Shown here piece after piece: positions 47,136 to 61,951 of a stretch of DNA of 64,000 nt (position 1 is the stretch's first letter; every line of letters begins with the position of its first letter). Position numbers and translations under genes: made by a program. Under the pieces are notes generated by a model, which was not told the DNA's origin, did no database searches, and saw nothing but the letters and a program-made list of their open reading frames with translations. The stretch comes from Eledone cirrhosa (Eukaryota): NCBI GenBank assembly GCA_964016885.1, contig OZ024740.1, positions 437,410,001 through 437,474,000 on the forward strand. The letters are read 5' to 3'.

Positions 47136-47790
47136 CCCTTTGTTTTGGTTTTGTAGAAAATAACTACACTGAAGCTACTAGAAATCTCAGTTGGGTGAGC
47201 TAAGTATTGCTGGAACAGTTCCCCTTTCACCCACCTGCCACCACACAGCCACACCATATGACCACACTGCCACACCATACCACCACACTACACCATCATT
47301 CTCTTCTAATCAGCTGAACTAATTTAGCTGCTTACATTACAACTGAAGTTCTCCAGCAATTAACTCCCTGCTTCAGTGAACCATTCTTTATAGTTTTATC
47401 TTGGGATCAGAAACCTGTGGTTAGAGTACTTGCAGTTCTACAACTGCTGTAAGATTTCACTAAATAAGGCTCTAACATGCTGAGTTTCTGTCTGTACTCA
47501 ATAGCCTTCTAGCATATCCTAGTCTTGTATTATCCCCTCTCTCTCTGCATCTATTGCTTTTCTCTTCTGTTTCTCTATACTGTAGTTTACTTCCTTTCTC
47601 TCTCTCCCTCCCCTCCCTTGCTCTCTCTCTATTTTTCTTTCTTTCACCTTCTCTCCCTTCTCACTTTTATCCTACTGTATCCCATGGGGGCCAAGATTTG
47701 AAAATTTTCAAACCCCTACACCAACACCTCAGCTATCAAATCCTTCATCTTATGGATATTGTATTTATTTTTGCTTTTAACTCAACCACC

Positions 47791-47846
<56 letters not shown>

Positions 47847-48550
47847 CACTACCAATAATGATAATAATAATAATAATAAATAAATAAATAACTGATATCC
47901 CCTTTCTCTCAGTAGTAGGTCCATTTGTACTGAAATGCTACAGAATCAACATTGACCACCTGTGGATGTGAGAACTCCTTAAAGCTAGGCTGATCCCCAG
48001 GGGAGCCTTTTTATGTTGCTCTGCTTCTTCCCTTTTGGCTAGCTTCACACACAAACATATTCACCCAACACTACTTCAGCCATCTGGCATTTTTCTAATA
48101 CTAACTATCCATTCATCTATGCAAACTGCTGCTGTTTTCTCTTTCTTCATTTCTCCCCCCTCTCTCCCCCTCTGGTTTGGTTTTACATTGAGAAGACAAA
48201 GTTGTTTTAAATCACATACTTCCTCTCCCCTTCCTCCTCCTCTTCCTTTCACCTCCCAACTTTTGCCAATGCCATGGTCAGCCCTTTTCCAAGGCCTAAG
48301 CTAAACAGAAATAATTTTTCTCTTTCCAGAAATTACTATTTTGCTATTTTGCTTCTCTCTACTACACAGAGTCACACAGTTGTATGCTTATTCAATCACT
48401 TTACATTATTTATCAGAATATTCACATCTAAACCATTATTCTTCCTTAAACACTGGCTGAGGAAAACAATGTGTTCTTTTTTAACTGTCCACAATATTTG
48501 CATTCCTCCGTTGAGAAATTCCATTATCCAGATTTTACTGGATATAATAT

Positions 48551-48594
<44 letters not shown>

Positions 48595-48743
48595 TTAATT
48601 CATTCCTAAAGGTTGTTCATCAACTGCAACTATTTTTCCCATACAAAAAGTTGAGAGAGAGACTGTGTGGAAGACATAGATATCACCATAGTAACTAACT
48701 ACACAGCAAGTGACACTTTCCTGCTGATACTCAAGCTTGTTGC

Positions 48744-48848
48744 CAGCTTGTGTGTTCGCTCAAGACACCGTTCATGAACCAAGACATTGTATTTTCGGAA
48801 AAACTGATTTATTCAAGATAGGCGTTCGTGAACTGAGGTTCCACTATA
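48744..48848. mobile_element. Tc1/mariner (Tigger/pogo-like) terminal fragment
   Basis: minus strand reads TA-TAGTGGAACCTCAGTTCACGAAC, resembling a Tigger-type TIR next to TA. Confidence 0.5.
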
Positions 48849-49520
48849 TATTGCTAACACAAGCTGTATATGTATATATGTGTAAGTATATGTATGTGTG
48901 CATGTGTGTATGTGTATATACACACACACATGATAGTGATACATACTTTAAAAAATTAACAAAGAAAGGGCAAGACAACGAGCAATCAAAACAAAAAATA
49001 TTTTTTTATAATATATAAGCGAAGGACACAGATGAACTTAGGCAGTTTTGATCCCTACCAATGGTACTGCTAGTTAAACCGGGGTCACAGCATCTGACAT
49101 AAGCCAAACGCTGTCCAAAGGAGTAAGAGACGAAAGACAAACATTAAATTATAGCCGTTAAGCTACAAAAAACATACAATTTTGTGTGACATTAGGGAAT
49201 ATATATAAGCAACTGTAAAATAAAAACTAGAGGTATAAAGCAAGTAACCTACAAGTTGTAGTCTATGGATGTTATTTTAAGCTGATATTCCTTCATATTG
49301 TTCTTGATTTTCAAGAAATCAATGAGATAACTTTGTAATTATATATCATATAAACTAGAGAAACTATTGAATGAGCACATTAGCTATATAACACCATGAT
49401 CTATTGGTATGTTATGGTATAAGGCCAACAGTCACTGTATAGGACCCATTAGCTATACAACGAAATGAATGTTAAATGGTGATGATGAGTATTCGTTATA
49501 TAATAATATATATATATTAT

Positions 49521-49700
49521 ATTGGCAGTATCGGTAGAGGGTCGGACGGCATGCTTTCCAGCATAGTTACGTCCCTTTATGGTCTGAGTTCAAATCCCAC
49601 CGAGGTTAACTTTGCCTTTCATCCTTACGGGGTCGATAAAATAAAGTACCAGTAATTATACTGGGTAATTGCTGGCCTTCCGCCAAAAAGTAGAAACAAA
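49521..49700 (+). mobile_element. Meta-like tRNA SINE
   Basis: same family as 37765-37958. Confidence 0.85.
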
Positions 49701-49774
49701 TATATATAATAATGTATATATTATTTATGTAATATATATATTATTTATAATGTATATATTATTTGTTATGTAAT

Positions 49775-50616
49775 ATCATCATCATCATCATCGTTTAACG
49801 TCCATCTTCCATGCTTGCATGGGTTTGGATGGGAGTTTTCCCACTTGAGGCAAGATTGGTTGTCCTGCTCGTATAGGACTGTCTGGCGGGTTTTCTACAG
49901 CTGGATGCCCTTCCTAACACCAACCACATTTACAGTGTGGACTGGGAGGTTTTTACCGTATTACCTACACGGCCACATTACAGCGTGGACTGTGTGTTTT
50001 TTTGTCGTGACACCTACACGCCCTCATTTGTTTCAGACTGGATGTTGTGGTACCAACATAACTTCACATTGGAGGGGGTGGGGGTAGTGGGACAGGGGTG
50101 TATTTTTGTTAGAGGTGCCTACTGACTGTAGGTTTCGCTTTGTACTTAGGCAAGGCGGGTCTTCTGTATTACTGTGTAGCGCCAAAGATCTCGGTCCAGT
50201 GACATTGTATTGGAGAGGTATAAGTGTGTGAGGTCGGAATTTATCAAGTCGTCCCAGGTTTTTCTGGGTCTGCCTACTCCGTGGCTACCGTCTATTTTTA
50301 TCGCCCTGCACTTTTTTATACAGCTGTCGTCTTTCATGCGCATCACGTGACCGTACCAACGTAGTCTTCTCTCGAGTAAACAACATCTGATCCCTCTTAT
50401 TCCTAATTTCTCCCTTAGTTCGTTTATGTTTTGCCGTTCGCGTATATTACTATTACACATCCAGCGGAGCATGCAAGCTTCATTCCTCTCCAGTCTGTGG
50501 ATATCCTCTGCAAACAATGCCCAGGTCTCACTGCCATGTAACATTGCTGCTCGTATGCAGGCATCATACAGCCTGCCTTTCATTTTTAGAGAGAACCCTT
50601 TAGCGCCAATAGTGGT
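49775..50616 (-). mobile_element. RTE-A 3' fragment with a ~29-bp flanking duplication
   Basis: MKGRLYDAC...RRLRWYGH; flanks 49748-49776 and 50641-50669 differ at one base. Confidence 0.93.
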
Positions 50617-50667
50617 ATATATATATTATTCATAATGTAATAATGTATATATTATTTGTTATATAAT

Positions 50668-51271
<604 letters not shown>

Positions 51272-51975
51272 TGTTGTGTAATAATGTGATTTCGGCCCAG
51301 ATTTCAATATAAATTTAAAAACTTTAATGGCAGCAGTTTCAGAAAGGTTGGTAATGAAAGGATTAAGATTGTTTGGTTCAAGCTCTTGGCAGAGTCATAC
51401 TTGATGCATTATGTTATCTAGCTAACTTAGTTCTCATATTTAAATTTAAAAAATCAAACTAGTGATTTATATCCTATTCCCATCCATTTTAACAATTGGC
51501 CCTGTTAGTTCCCTTGATCATAAGTATTAATTTTATACCAAAATATTCATGATAGTCATTTTATGGCTGTGTATAATAGGAAGCCAGTGACTGTTGTTGC
51601 TAGAGCTGCAGATACTATTACTGTTGTGTTTTAAACACATATATTGTTCAAGCTGCTGGTAGTTATTTTTATTACAAACATGATATTCTCTATTAGTTAA
51701 TGTCTGAAGTTCAAATGAAGTATTATTACTCTCAGCTGTTAGGATATTCAATACTGTTAAAGCAATATTTTCCATAATTTTCTTGTATTTTTTTTATAAG
51801 CCATTTTTGACAATTCTATTGCTGACCTTTCCACATCAAGAACATAACCAAAGGCTTTCATGTCATTCTTTTATTATTCTTGTTTTATTTAATTAATACA
51901 ATAATGAGATTAGTATTGTTGAATCATAAAGAGGAATGAAATAATATTTTTATTAAAAGCTAGATAAAGCTATGG

Positions 51976-52160
51976 GTTCTTCTCTTCTTGGCCCACTTAT
52001 TCCTGAGAGGGTCGTGAGGGCAGTCCTGTCAGAAGCAACCATCTCCAACTGATCTGGCAGGTTCCCTAAGCGAGACCAGCCAAGCTCATGGAAGTTAACC
52101 AACCATGTTGCTTGGGTTCTACCCCTGGGTCTCTGGCTGGAGATCCACCATCAATAATAA
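51976..52160 (-). mobile_element. ancient RTE-like ORF C-terminal remnant
   Basis: PRGR...W....LGWSRLG..P..L..VASDR resembles RTE ORF ends. Confidence 0.45.
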
Positions 52161-52199
52161 GGGTTTTGGGTTTAAGATCAAGGCCAACGATTTTGTTTG

Positions 52200-52583
52200 T
52201 GTTTTTGAGGTGGGGTGTTGATTAAATCCATCCCAGTGTATCACTGGTACTTTATCTTATCGACCCCCATGGAGATAAAAGCAACTCCCAGCAAGATTCG
52301 AACTGAGACCTTAAAGTGTTGCAAAGTACATTGTCCAGTGCTCTACTGATACTACCACCCTTATATTATGGTTTCTGATTTAGGCACAAGGCTAGCAATT
52401 TTAGGGAAGGAGAAAGTCGATTAAATCAGCCCCAGTGTGTTACTGGTGCTATATTTTATCAACCCTGTAAAGATGAAAGACAATGTTAACCTCAGTGGTA
52501 TTTGAACTCAGACCGTAAAGGGACGTAACTACATGCTGCAAAGCACGTCTGTCAGCCTAACGATACTGCCAACCCACCACCCT

Positions 52584-52585
<2 letters not shown>
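52200..52585 (-). mobile_element. two degenerate Meta-like SINE copies
   Basis: actggtactttatcttatcgacccc; tttgaactcagaccgtaaagggacgtaact. Confidence 0.7.
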
Positions 52586-52618
<33 letters not shown>

Positions 52619-53151
52619 GCTGTGGCCAGACGTCTTGTTTCTGCTTATCTCTAAAAGCTGCAGCTGAAGACAGTAACTACAATGTTGTACAAGCTATATT
52701 TAACTCTAACCTTCACACAGGTAGTAGTGTTAATTATTGGATTTTAGATTCTTCCAGTCTGATAACATTTTGAGATCCTGCACTGATAAAATGGCGTCTG
52801 TATCAATTTGAGTAGCCATACGTGTTTCTGAAGAGAGATTGTTTGTGTGTGCACCAAAACACAATTGCTAACATATATTACAAAACCAATTCTATACCTA
52901 CCCCACTCTATATATAAATGATATATAATTAAAGACTTCAAACTTGCTACAAGTGTTTGGTCTTTTATTCTATAATGACTTTACATGCTGGCCTTTTATG
53001 TATTAGATTACCATAACTACTACTTTTGATACTAATCTGGCCACAATCAGCTCTGGTTCTATGAAATAAACCACCCATTTTTAAGGGTTCTTGTTTGAAT
53101 TAAAATCTTCCAACAATTTTATATATAATAACTATGTTAAGTTACTATTAA

Positions 53152-53611
53152 TCTATCTATATAATACTAAACGTCTGTGATTGCTTGCTTGTCTGTAATG
53201 TAATACAGCCAAAAGGGCACATAATGGGAAAATACTTTGAAAGAAAGTTGACCCTGAAATGGGAATACAAATGGAATAAAACAAGTTTTGTGAAAAATCT
53301 AAGCACGGGTTCCCAAGATATGGGGTTTTTCCGGGTACCTTCATAAATAGAGGAGAGAAGTATAGTGAGAAAGAGATAGTAGTTGTGAGAGAGGAGAAGG
53401 AGAATGGAAGAGAGATGGTGGTGTTGTGTGTGTGTCTATGACCAGTGTATATAGATCACAGACACCCACATATAAATATAGGCCTTCCAGTTTCATTTCA
53501 CATTATATACATGTCCGTGTATATTTTAATTATTTTAAAATTATTTTTAAGTGAACATGATTTTTTTAAAATATTCTGCAGTGAACGTGACCCGTGTCAT
53601 GGGTGGTCTAG
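53152..53611 (+). mobile_element. non-autonomous Helitron
   Basis: A|TC 5' end (TCTATCTATATAATACTAAA), subterminal hairpin cgtgacccgtgtcatg, CTAG|T 3' end, no TSD. Confidence 0.72.
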
Positions 53612-53751
53612 TAATTTCTATAAAAGCCTAAACATTCTTCCGACTAATTGAATGAAAGAGAGTTATTTCATTAAATTCTCCAAAATATTTTGTTTTCAAA
53701 ACATCTCCCAAAACATACAAACTTACTCAAACTCTCAAACTCCATTCATAT

Positions 53752-53988
53752 TTAACCCTTTCATTGCCATATCATTTTGAAATATTATTAAATAATCATA
53801 ATTTGAAGGGATTTAGTGATATAACAAACTGACTCTCTCATTATTAAGCTAGAGTTTGGAACATAACATAACAAAGGTTCTTACATTAAATTATGATGGG
53901 CCTTTAGATAAATATAAACACCGTAAAGTAAACAGTGTTATATTAAAACCAGGGAAGAGTTTAAGCAGTTTGATATCAAATGAGTTAA
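53752..53988. mobile_element. TTAA-flanked MITE, degenerate
   Basis: ttaaccctttcattgcc ... gatatcaaatgagttaa. Confidence 0.5.
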
Positions 53989-54224
53989 CAGCATATGTAT
54001 TTTAAAACGTATTATAAACACAAGACAACTTTTAACTTAGATATCCTATCTATAAAATATCAAATTAGTATAACCCAAGATGTTACACTGTGAAAGGGAA
54101 TATGAAACCACATGGTTGTGAAGTGAAATCCATAACTAGACAGCCATATAACATCATATATAAGTGCGTGTGTAATTAGGAAATATCTGTAGGTGGGGAA
54201 AAGGAAAATAGTGCTCAATCGGGA

Positions 54225-54273
<49 letters not shown>

Positions 54274-54316
54274 CAATAAATTTAATAAATGGAAAATATC
54301 TTTATAAAACCATATT

Positions 54317-54377
54317 TATTTTATTAGACATATTTCAAGGGTACTAATATTTTAGTCCACTTTCGTCAGATAAAATA
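54317..54377 (-). ncRNA. hammerhead (family 3, slightly degenerate)
   Basis: TATTTTAT-CTGACGA-stem II-GAAATATGTCTA-ATAAAATA. Confidence 0.65.
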
Positions 54378-54500
54378 CAATAATTGGTGTAACGATAGTG
54401 ACATATCTTCAAAGTTCATTGAAAATAAGTTCATATCTTCAATGAACTTATAACATGAAGTTCATATGAAGATATGTCACTATCTTTACACCAATTATTG

Positions 54501-54561
54501 TATTTTATCTGATGAAAGTGGACTAAAATATTAGTACCCTTGAAATACGTATAATAAAATA
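54501..54561 (+). ncRNA. minimal hammerhead (family 3)
   Basis: TATTTTAT-CTGATGA-AAGTGGACTAA(AATA)TTAGTACCCTT-GAA-ATACGTAT-A-ATAAAATA. Confidence 0.85.
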
Positions 54562-54710
54562 AATATGCTTTTATAAAGATATTTTCCATTTATTAATATT
54601 ATTTATATTAATGATACTCCGAAAAAATTTGTTTAGTGCTTCTAATCTGTTGTAAATTAACATTGTTGAATAATCAACAAACCATTGTTTATATATATAT
54701 ATATATATAT

Positions 54711-55292
54711 ATCATCATCATCATCATCATCATCATCGTTTAACATCCATCTTCCACGCTTGCATGGGTTTGGACGGGAGTTTTTCCACTTGAGGCAAGA
54801 TTGGTTATCTTGCTCGTATAAGACTGTCTGGCGGGTTTTCTATGGCTGGATGCCCTTCCTAACACCAACCACGTTTACAGTGTGGAACTGGGAGGTTTTT
54901 ACCATGTTACCTACACGGCCACATTACAGCATGGACTGTGTGGTTTTTTTTTGTTATGACACCTACACGACCTCATTTGTTTCGGACTGGATGTTGTGGT
55001 ACCACCATAACTTCATATTGAAGGGGGTGGTGTGGATGGGGTGGGGGTAGTGGGACGGGGGTGTATTTTTGTTAGAGGTGCCTACTGACTAGGTTTCGCT
55101 TTGTACTTAGGCGAGGCGGGTCTTCTGTGTTACTGTGTAGCGCCAAAGATCTCGGTCCAGTGACATTGTCTTGGAGAGGTGTAAGTGTGTGAGGTCGGAA
55201 TTTATCAAGTCGTCCCAGGTTTTTCTGGGTCTGCCTACTCCGTGGCTACCGTCTATTTTTATCGCCCTGCACTTTTTTATACAGCTGTCATC

Positions 55293-55298
<6 letters not shown>
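54711..55298 (-). mobile_element. RTE-A 3' fragment
   Basis: [10 protein letters not shown]...; 3' UTR; (GAT)n tail. Confidence 0.93.
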
Positions 55299-55332
<34 letters not shown>

Positions 55333-56323
55333 TTTCTCCATACCTCAATTCAATATGTAACAAGTTTTTAAAAATGAATAAATCAAATCTAAACCAAAAT
55401 AACTACATAAATCCCACCAGTGTTACATAACTACCATCTTTTGTAAGGTTGTGGCTGCAGGCATTTCTCCTCCCTCCATTTCAGGTTCTGTTTATATAAT
55501 CCAAGCATCGTAATGCTTCATTACTAACTTAATGAGGCATCAACTCTGTTAACTTGCTCCTACTTCAGTGCAAGTTGACCTTAGATGTGTAACTAACTCC
55601 TGAGAGTATTCCAAATTATCCTCAACAGCATGGGTCTTTGAGGGTGCCCCCCCCCCCCCCCCTCCAAACAGTTTTAGTTTTCTAAATACTTTCTTTTCGC
55701 CTAAGACAAATGTATTAATGACAGCCAATGTATGTATAGGAGAATGGGGTACCAATATCATTCCTACCTTTGTATTTTTTCTATGGTGTGTGTGTATATA
55801 TATATATATATACATTTATATATATTTTAAATGCATGTATATATCATGCTAGCATGGAAAATGGATATTAAACAGTGATGATAATGATATATATATATAT
55901 ATAGCAAGTGTGTATACATGTATGTATGTGTGTGTAGTATACAACTTGGTAAAGGAGTGTGTTCTATTATATTTCCAATGTCTATAGGGTTAATTAAGCA
56001 TTAATATCACTGGCTACTAAAATTAAAACAGAATCATTGCCTCTTCACCCCCAAACTTCTCTCATATACACCATGCATTCATAATGCATATATTGTATGG
56101 AGTTTTAATAATATATATGAAATATATTGTATGTGTGTAATCATCATTGTCGTTTTTATATCCGTTTATCCACACTTGCATGGGTTATATATATATATAT
56201 ATATACATACATATATACATAGATACCACACAGAGAACAAGGTCAATAGATAGATATAGACAGGGAGCTATACACTTAAATATATACTCATTCCTGTAAA
56301 CAAACAAAATAAAGTCTGATACA

Positions 56324-58788
56324 TCACATCCTAAAGTGTGACACTATCAGACACGACATCCTAAAGTGTGACACTATCAGACACGACATCCTAAAGTGTG
56401 ACACTATCAGACACGACATCTTAAAGTGTGACACTATCAGACATGACATCCTCAAGTGTGACACTATCAGACATGACATCCTCAAGTGTGACACTATCAG
56501 ACACGGCATCCTCAAGTGTGACACTATCAGACACAACATCCTAAAGTGTGACACTATCAAACACGACATCCTAAAGTGTGACACTATCAGACACGACATC
56601 CTAAAGTGTGACACTATCAGGCATGACATCCTAAAGTGTGACACTATCAGGCACGACATCTTAAAGTGTGACACTATCAGACACGACATCCTAAAGTGTG
56701 ACACTATCAGACATGGCATCCTAAAGTGTGACACTATCAGACACGGCATCCTCAAGTGTGACACTATCAGACACAACATCCTAAAGTGTGACACTATCAG
56801 GCACGACATCCTCAAGTGTGACACTATCAGACACGGCATCCTCAAGTGTGACACTATCAGGCACGACATCTTAAAGTGTGACACTATCAGGCACGACATC
56901 TTAAAGTGTGACACTATCAGGCACGACATCTTAAAGTGTGACACTATCAGACACGACATCCTAAAGTGTGACACTATCAGACATGACATCCTCAAGTGTG
57001 ACACTATCAGGCATGGCATCCTAAAGTGTGACACTATCAGGCACGACATCTTAAACTGTGACACTATCAGACACATCTTAAAGTGTGACACTATCAGACA
57101 TGACATCCTCAAGTGTGACACTATCAGACACGGCATCCTAAAGTGTGACACTATCAGACACGACATCCTAAAGTGTTACACTATCAGACATGACATCCTA
57201 AAGTGTGACACTATCAGGCACGACATCTTAAAGTGTGACACAATCAGACACGACATCCTCAAGTGTGACACTATCAGGCATGGCATCCTAAAGTGTGACA
57301 CTATCAGGCACGACATCTTAAAGTGTGACACTATCAGACACATCTTAAAGTGTGACACTATCAGGCACGACATCCTCAAGTGTGACACTATCAGACACGA
57401 CATCCTCAAGTGTGACACTATCAGACACATCTTAAAGTGTGACACTATCAGACACAACATCCTAAAGTGTGACACTATCAGACACAACATCCTAAAGTGT
57501 GACACTATCAGACACGACATCCTAAAATGTGACACTATCAGGCACGGCATCCTAAAGTGTGACACTATCAGGCACGACATCCTCAAGTGTGATACTATCA
57601 GGCACGACATCCTCAAGTGTGATACTATCAGGCACGACATCCTCAAGTGTGACACTATCAGGCACGACATCCTCAAGTGTGACACTATCAGACACGACAT
57701 CCTCAAGTGTGACACTATCAGACACGACATCCTCAAGTGTGACACTATCAGAGTGACATCCTCAAGTGTGACACTATCAGACATGACATCCTCAAGTGTG
57801 ACACTATCAGACATGACATCCTAAAGTGTGACACTATCAGGCACGACATCCTCAAGTGTGACACTATCAGGCACGACATCCTCAAGTGTGACACTATCAG
57901 ACACGACATCCTAAAGTGTGACACTATCAGACATGACATCCTCAAGTGTGACACTATCAGACACGACATCCTAAAGTGTGACACTATCAGACACGACATC
58001 CTAAAGTGTGACACTATCGGACACGACATCCTAAAGTGTGACACTATCAGACATGACATCCTCAAGTGTGACACTATCAGACACGACATCCTAAAGTGTG
58101 ACACTATCAGACATGACATCCTCAGGTGTGACACTATCAGACACGACATCTTAAAGTGTGACACTATCAGGCACGACATCCTGAAGTGTGACACTATCAG
58201 ACATGAGATCCTCAAGTGTGACACTATCAGGCACGACATCCTCAAGTGTGACACTATCAGACACGACATCCTAAAGTGTGACACTATCAGACATGAGATC
58301 CTCAAGTGTGACACTATCAGGCACGACATCCTCAAGTGTGACACTATCAGACACGACATCCTAAAGTGTGACACTATCAGACATGACATCCTCAAATGTG
58401 ACACTATCAGACATGACATCCTCAGGTGTGACACTATCAGACATGATATCCTCAAGTGTGACACTATCAGACACAACATCCTAAAGTGTGACACTATCAG
58501 ACACGACATCCTAAAGTGTGACACTATCAGACACGACATCCTCAAGTGTGACACTATCAGGCATGGCATCCTAAAGTGTGACACTATCAGGCACGACATC
58601 TTAAAGTGTGACACTATCAGACACATCCTAAAGTGACACTATCAGACATGACATCCTCAAGTGTGACACTATCAGACACGACATCCTAAAGTGTGACACT
58701 ATCAGACACGACATCCTAAAGTGTGACACTATCAGACACGACTTCCTAAAGTGTGACACTATCAGACACGACATCTTAAAGTGTGACA
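56324..58788. repeat. 30-bp minisatellite (~80 copies)
   Basis: unit acatcctaaagtgtgacactatcagacacg with 27-bp variants. Confidence 0.98.
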
Positions 58789-58915
58789 TATTTTTTCACA
58801 AGTCAAATTAATTGATAATTTTTCCAAAAAAGACTTCCAACATATTTTTCTTTCACTTCATCTATATGTCACTAATATTATAGCTTGTTTATAAGTTCTC
58901 CCCTCTAGCATAGTA

Positions 58916-58994
<79 letters not shown>

Positions 58995-59300
58995 AATTGG
59001 TCATATTGTAAACATTTTTAGGAAATGTATGTATGTTTTTATTTATTTATTCATGTATGTGTGTGTGTATAGCTAATTCTCACACTCTTTGTATATAATA
59101 TATAGAATCTCTCCCCCTCTACATATACTCTCTCTCTCTCTTTTATATATATATAATCATGTAAGCTTGGAAAATGGATGTTAAATGGTGATGATGATGA
59201 TGAAACAGGCATAACTCCAGAGTAACAAGACTCACTATTTAGCCATAATAGAATGAATCATCATCATCATTTTACATCCATTTTCCATGCTAGCATGGGT

Positions 59301-59331
<31 letters not shown>

Positions 59332-59799
59332 GTATAATGTGTGTGTCAGTTGGTCATATTATAAATAGACTTAGGTTTGAAGAAATGCAACTTCTAACAT
59401 GTTAGCTCCATTAACAGCCGATTTCTACATGAAAGCAGCAGGTTGCCTTAGTAAATGTTGTGTAATATCTTTATATTGTGTATGTGTGTTTTATACTTGA
59501 GTCACATCTAGGTTTTACCTGTTCAAAGACATACTTTTCAATCCTGCTTATTAAATTCTTTTCATCGATAATAACTTCACTTTAAAATTGATATTTCTTA
59601 CCACCTATGTATTGAATGGATTTCTTTTTAAAGCCCTGAGAGATGTAATTAGCCAGACAGGAATATTTTTGTTTGTTTTTTATTTATTGGTGATGCTCTT
59701 GTTTTAACCCTTTTAGCGTTTAAACTGACCGCAACTGACCAGAAATCTCTCATCACTTTCTGTTCAAACTGGCCGTAACCAGCTGCTCATACTAGGTAT

Positions 59800-59935
59800 T
59801 GGACTGGTACCTATTTTATCAACCTCAAAAGGTTAATGAGCAAAGTTGACCTCAGTGGAATTTGAAATCAGATAGTTGAAACAACTACTCCAATGCATTC
59901 TAACACTGTAACAACTCTGCTAATTCAATGCCTTA
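59800..59935 (-). mobile_element. degenerate Meta-like SINE
   Basis: actggtacctattttatcaacc...caaagttgacctcagtggaatttgaa. Confidence 0.6.
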
Positions 59936-60721
59936 ACAATGCTATTATTCTCAGCTAAATGTCACCTCCCACAGTAGGAGTGAACATCAACCAGATTCTA
60001 ATGGCGGCTACTTTTTCAGTCATTAAAAGGCTCCCAATTTATTCATTACAACCTACACCTGCAGATGGATGAGTCTTGCTGTTCAAAGCAAGAGATGTCA
60101 AGAGACATATCGACTCACTGCACATATGAACTACATTTCCAACATTAGGCTTTCACAAACCACAAATACATCTGACATATTTCCAATTGTACCCACACAA
60201 ATACAAAAACTCCAACTGCTTGAGTGTGTATATGATATATATGATATATATAATATATATATATATAAAACTGAAAGAAGTGGCAGATACTGTGTGAGCT
60301 GGTAATGGTGAGGAATGAGAAGAAAAAGAAAATAGCAGAAACTGAGGCAGCCAAAGCTCTGGAAGTGAATGGATATTAGCATTATTGTTCTTAAGAAATG
60401 GTTTTATATAAATATGACATTCTTTCTATGTAAAATAGCTAGAACTGTGTATTATACATAACATATGGTGCCCCATACTCACTATTTTATACTGTATTGC
60501 TGTTGTGATATTTATTTCTATTGTGATTCCCCTCCCCAAACATCTCCAGGTCATTGGGTGGTGTGACGGTGGGGGCATTACAACCTTGATGGTATAACCT
60601 TTTGTTTCATGTTATGATACACTGCTTAATAAGAATTATGGAGGAAGTGTGTCAGAGTATTTGAGGTTTATTTAATGTAGAGAGAACAGCCCATAGCAGC
60701 ATGGAAGAATGGACATGAAGT

Positions 60722-61900
60722 GATGTGACAGGCTTGAGGGACAGGAGTATGACTGTGATAATATATATATAGATGTGGCAGACCTGAGGGACAGGAGTAT
60801 GACTGTGATAATATATATACAGATGTGGCAGACCTGAGGGACAGGAGTATGACTGTGATAATATATATACAGATGTGACAGGCTTGAGGGACAGGAGTAT
60901 GACTGTGGTAATATATATACAGATGTGACAGACCTGAGGGACAGGAGTATGACTGATAATATATATATAGATGTGACAGACGTGGGGGACAGGAGTATGA
61001 CTGTGATAATATATATACAGATGTGACAGACCTGAGGGACAGGAGTATGACTGTGATAATATATATACAGATGTGACAGGCTTGAGGGACAGGAGTATGA
61101 CTGTGGTAATATATATACAGATGTGACAGACCTGAGGGACAGGAGTATGACTGATAATATATATATAGATGTGACAGACGTGGGGGACAGGAGTATGACT
61201 GTGATAATATATATATAGATGTGACAGACCTGAGGGACAGGAGTATGACTGTGATAATATATATACAGATGTGGCAGACCTGAGGGACAGGAGTATGACT
61301 GTGATAATATATATACAGATGTGACAGGCTTGAAGGACAGGAGTATGACTGTGATAATATATATACAGATGTGACAGACCTGAGGGACAGGAGTATGACT
61401 GTGATAATATATATACAGATGTGACAGACCTGGGGGACAGGAGTATGACTGATAATATATATACAGATGTGACAGGCTTGAGGGACAGGAGTATGACTGT
61501 GATAATATATATACAGATGTGACGGACCTGAGGGACAGGAGTATGACTGATAATATATATACAGATGTGACAGGCTTGAGGGACAGAAGAAGTATGACTG
61601 TGATAATATATATACAGATGTGACAGGCTTGAGGGACAGGAGTATGACTGTGATAATATATATACAGATGTGACGGACCTGAGGGACAGGAGTATGACTG
61701 ATAATATATATACAGATGTGACAGGCTTGAGGGACAGAAGAAGTATGACTGTGATAATATATATACAGATGTGACAGGCTTGAGGGACAGGAGTATGACT
61801 GTGATAATATATATACAGATGTGACAGGCTTGAGGGACAGGAGTATGACTGATAATATATATACAGATGTGACAGACCTGAGGGACAGGAGTATGACTGT
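60722..61900. repeat. 50-bp minisatellite (~24 copies)
   Basis: unit gatgtgacaggcttgagggacaggagtatgactgtgataatatatataca. Confidence 0.97.
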
Positions 61901-61951
61901 AGAGATAATACTGAATACTCCCCTAATTCTTGAGTTTGTATAACAAGGTGG

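Larger units (their letters stand above)
54269..54690. mobile_element. Penelope-like inverted-repeat element (family 3) with two oppositely oriented hammerheads
   Basis: 54283-54411 is inverted relative to 54467-54596; flanked by (TA)n. Confidence 0.8.

Noticed and set aside
56324-58788. 30-bp periodic array resembling a CRISPR
   Set aside because: There are no unique spacers or cas genes and the context is eukaryotic; it is a head-to-tail minisatellite.
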